Source of the DNA: Candidatus Nomurabacteria bacterium
Lineage (GTDB): Bacteria; Patescibacteriota; Patescibacteriia; HK-STAS-PATE-3
NCBI GenBank assembly: GCA_023898465.1
Contig: CP060223.1
Coordinates: forward strand, 640,001-704,000
Reading direction: 5' to 3'
Length of the DNA: 64,000 bases
The notes beneath the pieces are model-generated. The model had not been told where the DNA came from. It saw only the letters and a list, made by a program, of their open reading frames with translations, and ran no database searches. The first letter of the stretch is position 1. The number at the start of each line of letters is the position of its first letter. Below are positions 61,646 through 64,000 of the stretch, piece after piece. The position numbers and the translations under genes are program-made.

Positions 61646-62509
61646 TTAACGGGAAAAGAAGCCAACAATATAGCTGGTATTTTCCTCTGCTGCAGCGCTT
61701 GGGAAACGTTGTGCAGAGCTATCACGATCTATCAAATGGAATCTGCCAGCGCCCCTAAGTCGACTTAATTCTAGAAATAATGCAATCCCCGCTTGTGAAT
61801 CAACAGTCACCTCGCTCGCCTTTGTGCTATCCAATGCCTGAAGTACTTTCAAGCTTCTTGCATCCTTTTCCTGCGCTTCTGACTCTGAAATGTAGTGGGA
61901 GAAATCAAAGGAACCAATTACCAAGGTGTTGGGCAGGGTACGACGGTCTATCATTTTTGCCATCTCCCGTGCTACCTCAATTGGCACATTATCTTTCACA
62001 ATAATAGGGATCACTGGAACCCCCGGGTAAGTAGCGGCAATGAAGGGCATGATGTTGTACACCCCGTGTTCGGTATAAAACGGTCCCTCATCATCTGCAA
62101 AATACTGAAGGGTAGCGAGGGCTTGGACATGCACGCTATCGCTTCGGACGGGGCCGAAGCTTGTTTGCCAATTTTTTGATGTAGTTAGGAAGGGTTTGCT
62201 ACCATTTTGAAAATGATTAGGGCTAACGAGAATAATTGCATCAGGCATTTGACTTGATGCTGTTTGGAAAGTTCGGGCAATAAGATCGTCAGCTAAAAGG
62301 TGGTGATTAACTAGGATAGCTTGCACATCTTCGTTCACGACAGGCTGCTTTTTTGCCTTGTCCAACACACCCTCTTCATGCAAGCGCGTAAAAGGAAAGG
62401 CCGACAAACTTTTATGATTTTTCCTCTCTCCTTGAAGGTCGTGGACAATTATTGTTCCAAAAAAACCGACGCAGATACATACGACGGTTAAAACAAGAAG
62501 ACGCTTCAT
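61646..62509 (-). CDS. Memo-like protein (AmmeMemoRadiSam system protein B-like, extradiol-dioxygenase-B fold) with an N-terminal signal anchor.
   Basis: ILVNHH, ILVSPNHF and FDFSHY resemble the His-containing Memo motifs. The match is tentative. Confidence 0.35.
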   Translation of the reverse strand: MKRLLVLTVVCICVGFFGTIIVHDLQGERKNHKSLSAFPFTRLHEEGVLDKAKKQPVVNEDVQAILVNHHLLADDLIARTFQTASSQMPDAIILVSPNHFQNGSKPFLTTSKNWQTSFGPVRSDSVHVQALATLQYFADDEGPFYTEHGVYNIMPFIAATYPGVPVIPIIVKDNVPIEVAREMAKMIDRRTLPNTLVIGSFDFSHYISESEAQEKDARSLKVLQALDSTKASEVTVDSQAGIALFLELSRLRGAGRFHLIDRDSSAQRFPSAAAEENTSYIVGFFSR

Positions 62510-62513
62510 ACGT

Positions 62514-63212
62514 TTAGCATACTGCTGTCGCTTGTTCTTTGTCTAATACCTGCACGTGCACCTCTCCCCCGCAGTGCTCCTGGATAAGTTTCGTGCATTC
62601 ATCTAGCGCTGCTTGTAAACGTGTTGCATCATAACCGCCTAAGGTTTCGATTTCCAAAATCGCGTTACGAGTCGATTCAGTCAGCTTTGTACGATCAGCT
62701 TCCCGCCAATTCCATCGTCGACACAGCACACCCAGCTCGTCTTTATATACCACCTCACCAGGATCAGGCGGCTCGTTTTCTTCACCACCTAAACGAATGA
62801 AAGGCTCATCACCTTTTGCCTGATCTAATACAATAGCACCTTGCACCGCATCTAAATCCTCGCCACCGATTGGCACGACATACTTTAGCGAAATGTAATT
62901 ATAAATATCTACTAGCGCATTAATATGCATGGGCGGCTCGCCTTTTAAGGTGCGGCGAACCAGCGCTTCTACTGAGCAACGATATTTTTGCGGATCAGTG
63001 CCAAAAGTTTTGTACGCCTGCCGCCAGGCCAAAATATGCGGATGTCGTGACGGCGCTTCATAGCTATCGAAGTGTTTTACTAATTCCTGCTGCATCGCAT
63101 CCCAAGGTAGATCAATTTTTTCTTTTGTGTTCTCAATACCCTTTGCCACAATAACGCCGCAACGAAAATCCGGATAGGTATGAAAAATGCTTGGCTGAAT
63201 GTGTAGTGGCAT
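62514..63212 (-). CDS. B3/4-domain protein (tRNA-binding domain of the PheT type).
   Basis: About 230 aa. The PDFRCGVIVAKGI...PIGGEDLD pattern is typical of stand-alone B3_4 proteins. Confidence 0.5.
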   Translation of the reverse strand: MPLHIQPSIFHTYPDFRCGVIVAKGIENTKEKIDLPWDAMQQELVKHFDSYEAPSRHPHILAWRQAYKTFGTDPQKYRCSVEALVRRTLKGEPPMHINALVDIYNYISLKYVVPIGGEDLDAVQGAIVLDQAKGDEPFIRLGGEENEPPDPGEVVYKDELGVLCRRWNWREADRTKLTESTRNAILEIETLGGYDATRLQAALDECTKLIQEHCGGEVHVQVLDKEQATAVC

Positions 63213-63256
63213 AGTGAAACCTTATTGCCGATGCATCTTTGCCTCGGTGAAGTGTG

Positions 63257-64000
63257 TTATTCTTTTATTCCAAAAACTGTGTGCGCGTTTTCCCAGGTTG
63301 CTTCCACTACTTCCTCATAACGTAAACCTTTGAGCTCCGCAATTTTACGGGCAACAAACTCAACGTACAGGGGTTCATTACGCTTCCCGCGATGTGGGAC
63401 CGGGGTGAGATACGGCGCATCAGTCTCAAGCAATATACGATCAAGCGGCACTTCTTTCACCACTTCCAATAATTCTGGTGTGGCATTTTTGAATGTGATG
63501 ACACCGGTAAAGCCCATGTAGGAACCAAAAGCCATGAAGCGCTTTGCCTGCGCTCGATTCCCCATGAAGCAATGAATAAGATGGCGCCCTTGAATGCCTC
63601 GCTCTTCTATCACATCAAGCAACTGATCATACGCATCACGACAATGCATGATAACAGTTTTCTTCGCCTGCTCAGCAATTGCCAGCTGTTGCAAAAAGAC
63701 TTTCTTCTGCTTGATAAAAATTTGCTCTTCCTCCTCCGGTGTTTCTGCCCAAATGCGATACTTATCTAAACCGATTTCACCCACCCCCACAGTATGCTCG
63801 TCCTGGGCCAGTCGCAAATATTCAGCCTCATCTAATTCTTCATCTACCACGTGAATAGGATGCAGACCAACACCTGCGTAGATGTCAGGATATTTGGTAG
63901 CAAAAGCAACAGCCTTCTGACTGGTGTCCAGCTGTGAGCTCGGCATAACCATTTTCATACCTGCCTCGAAACAACGAGCGATCACTGCATCGTGATCCTC
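63257..64000 (-). CDS. TatD-family metal-dependent hydrolase. The 5' end (N-terminus) lies beyond the window.
   Basis: C-terminal TatD motifs (HCRDA, LLETDAPYL). Confidence 0.8.
   Translation of the reverse strand, partial: EDHDAVIARCFEAGMKMVMPSSQLDTSQKAVAFATKYPDIYAGVGLHPIHVVDEELDEAEYLRLAQDEHTVGVGEIGLDKYRIWAETPEEEEQIFIKQKKVFLQQLAIAEQAKKTVIMHCRDAYDQLLDVIEERGIQGRHLIHCFMGNRAQAKRFMAFGSYMGFTGVITFKNATPELLEVVKEVPLDRILLETDAPYLTPVPHRGKRNEPLYVEFVARKIAELKGLRYEEVVEATWENAHTVFGIKE

Overview
The window looks like a compact (~50-55% GC), gene-dense stretch of a small bacterial chromosome, dominated by housekeeping genes. Gram-positive-type, possibly reduced-genome, traits include a sortase-type LAxTG surface protein, a type IV pilin, a ThrRS lacking its N-terminal domain and an A/V-type ATPase, but the lineage cannot be determined from sequence alone. 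Core genes present: prfA (5'-partial), prmC, rplY, a SEDS protein, dnaE, thrS, miaA, a fused pyrB-pyrI, nhaA, gatB, tmk, a long thyX-like gene, a dNMP-kinase-like gene, dut, dCMP deaminase, rplA, rplK, nusG, secE, gyrB, pheST, a UvrD/AddA-like helicase-nuclease, an RRM protein, a nine-gene A/V-type ATPase operon (G/H-I-K-E-C-F-A-B-D), rmuC, and Memo-like, B3/4 and TatD (3'-partial) genes. The most interesting region is 36.3-40.9 kb between pheS and a TM-only MgtE. It holds a strongly AT-rich (~25-30% GC) insertion encoding a 775-aa PrrC/RloC-like Rad50-type ATPase with a CxxC zinc hook, a candidate anticodon-nuclease defence gene. Next to it are three copies of an 18-bp tandem ATTAAGA-N4-ATTAAGA motif, an uncharacterised secreted-protein gene flanked by that motif, and two well-formed small transcription units of unknown function. 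Other notable features are a probable T-box leader on thrS, an attenuator-like terminator with a 15-codon leader ORF ahead of pyrBI, a thymidylate-synthesis gene cluster, a CDP-alcohol phosphatidyltransferase fused to a CarS-like cytidylyltransferase, and a 370-bp structured non-coding gap after thyX. No CRISPR array, rRNA or tRNA was recognised.
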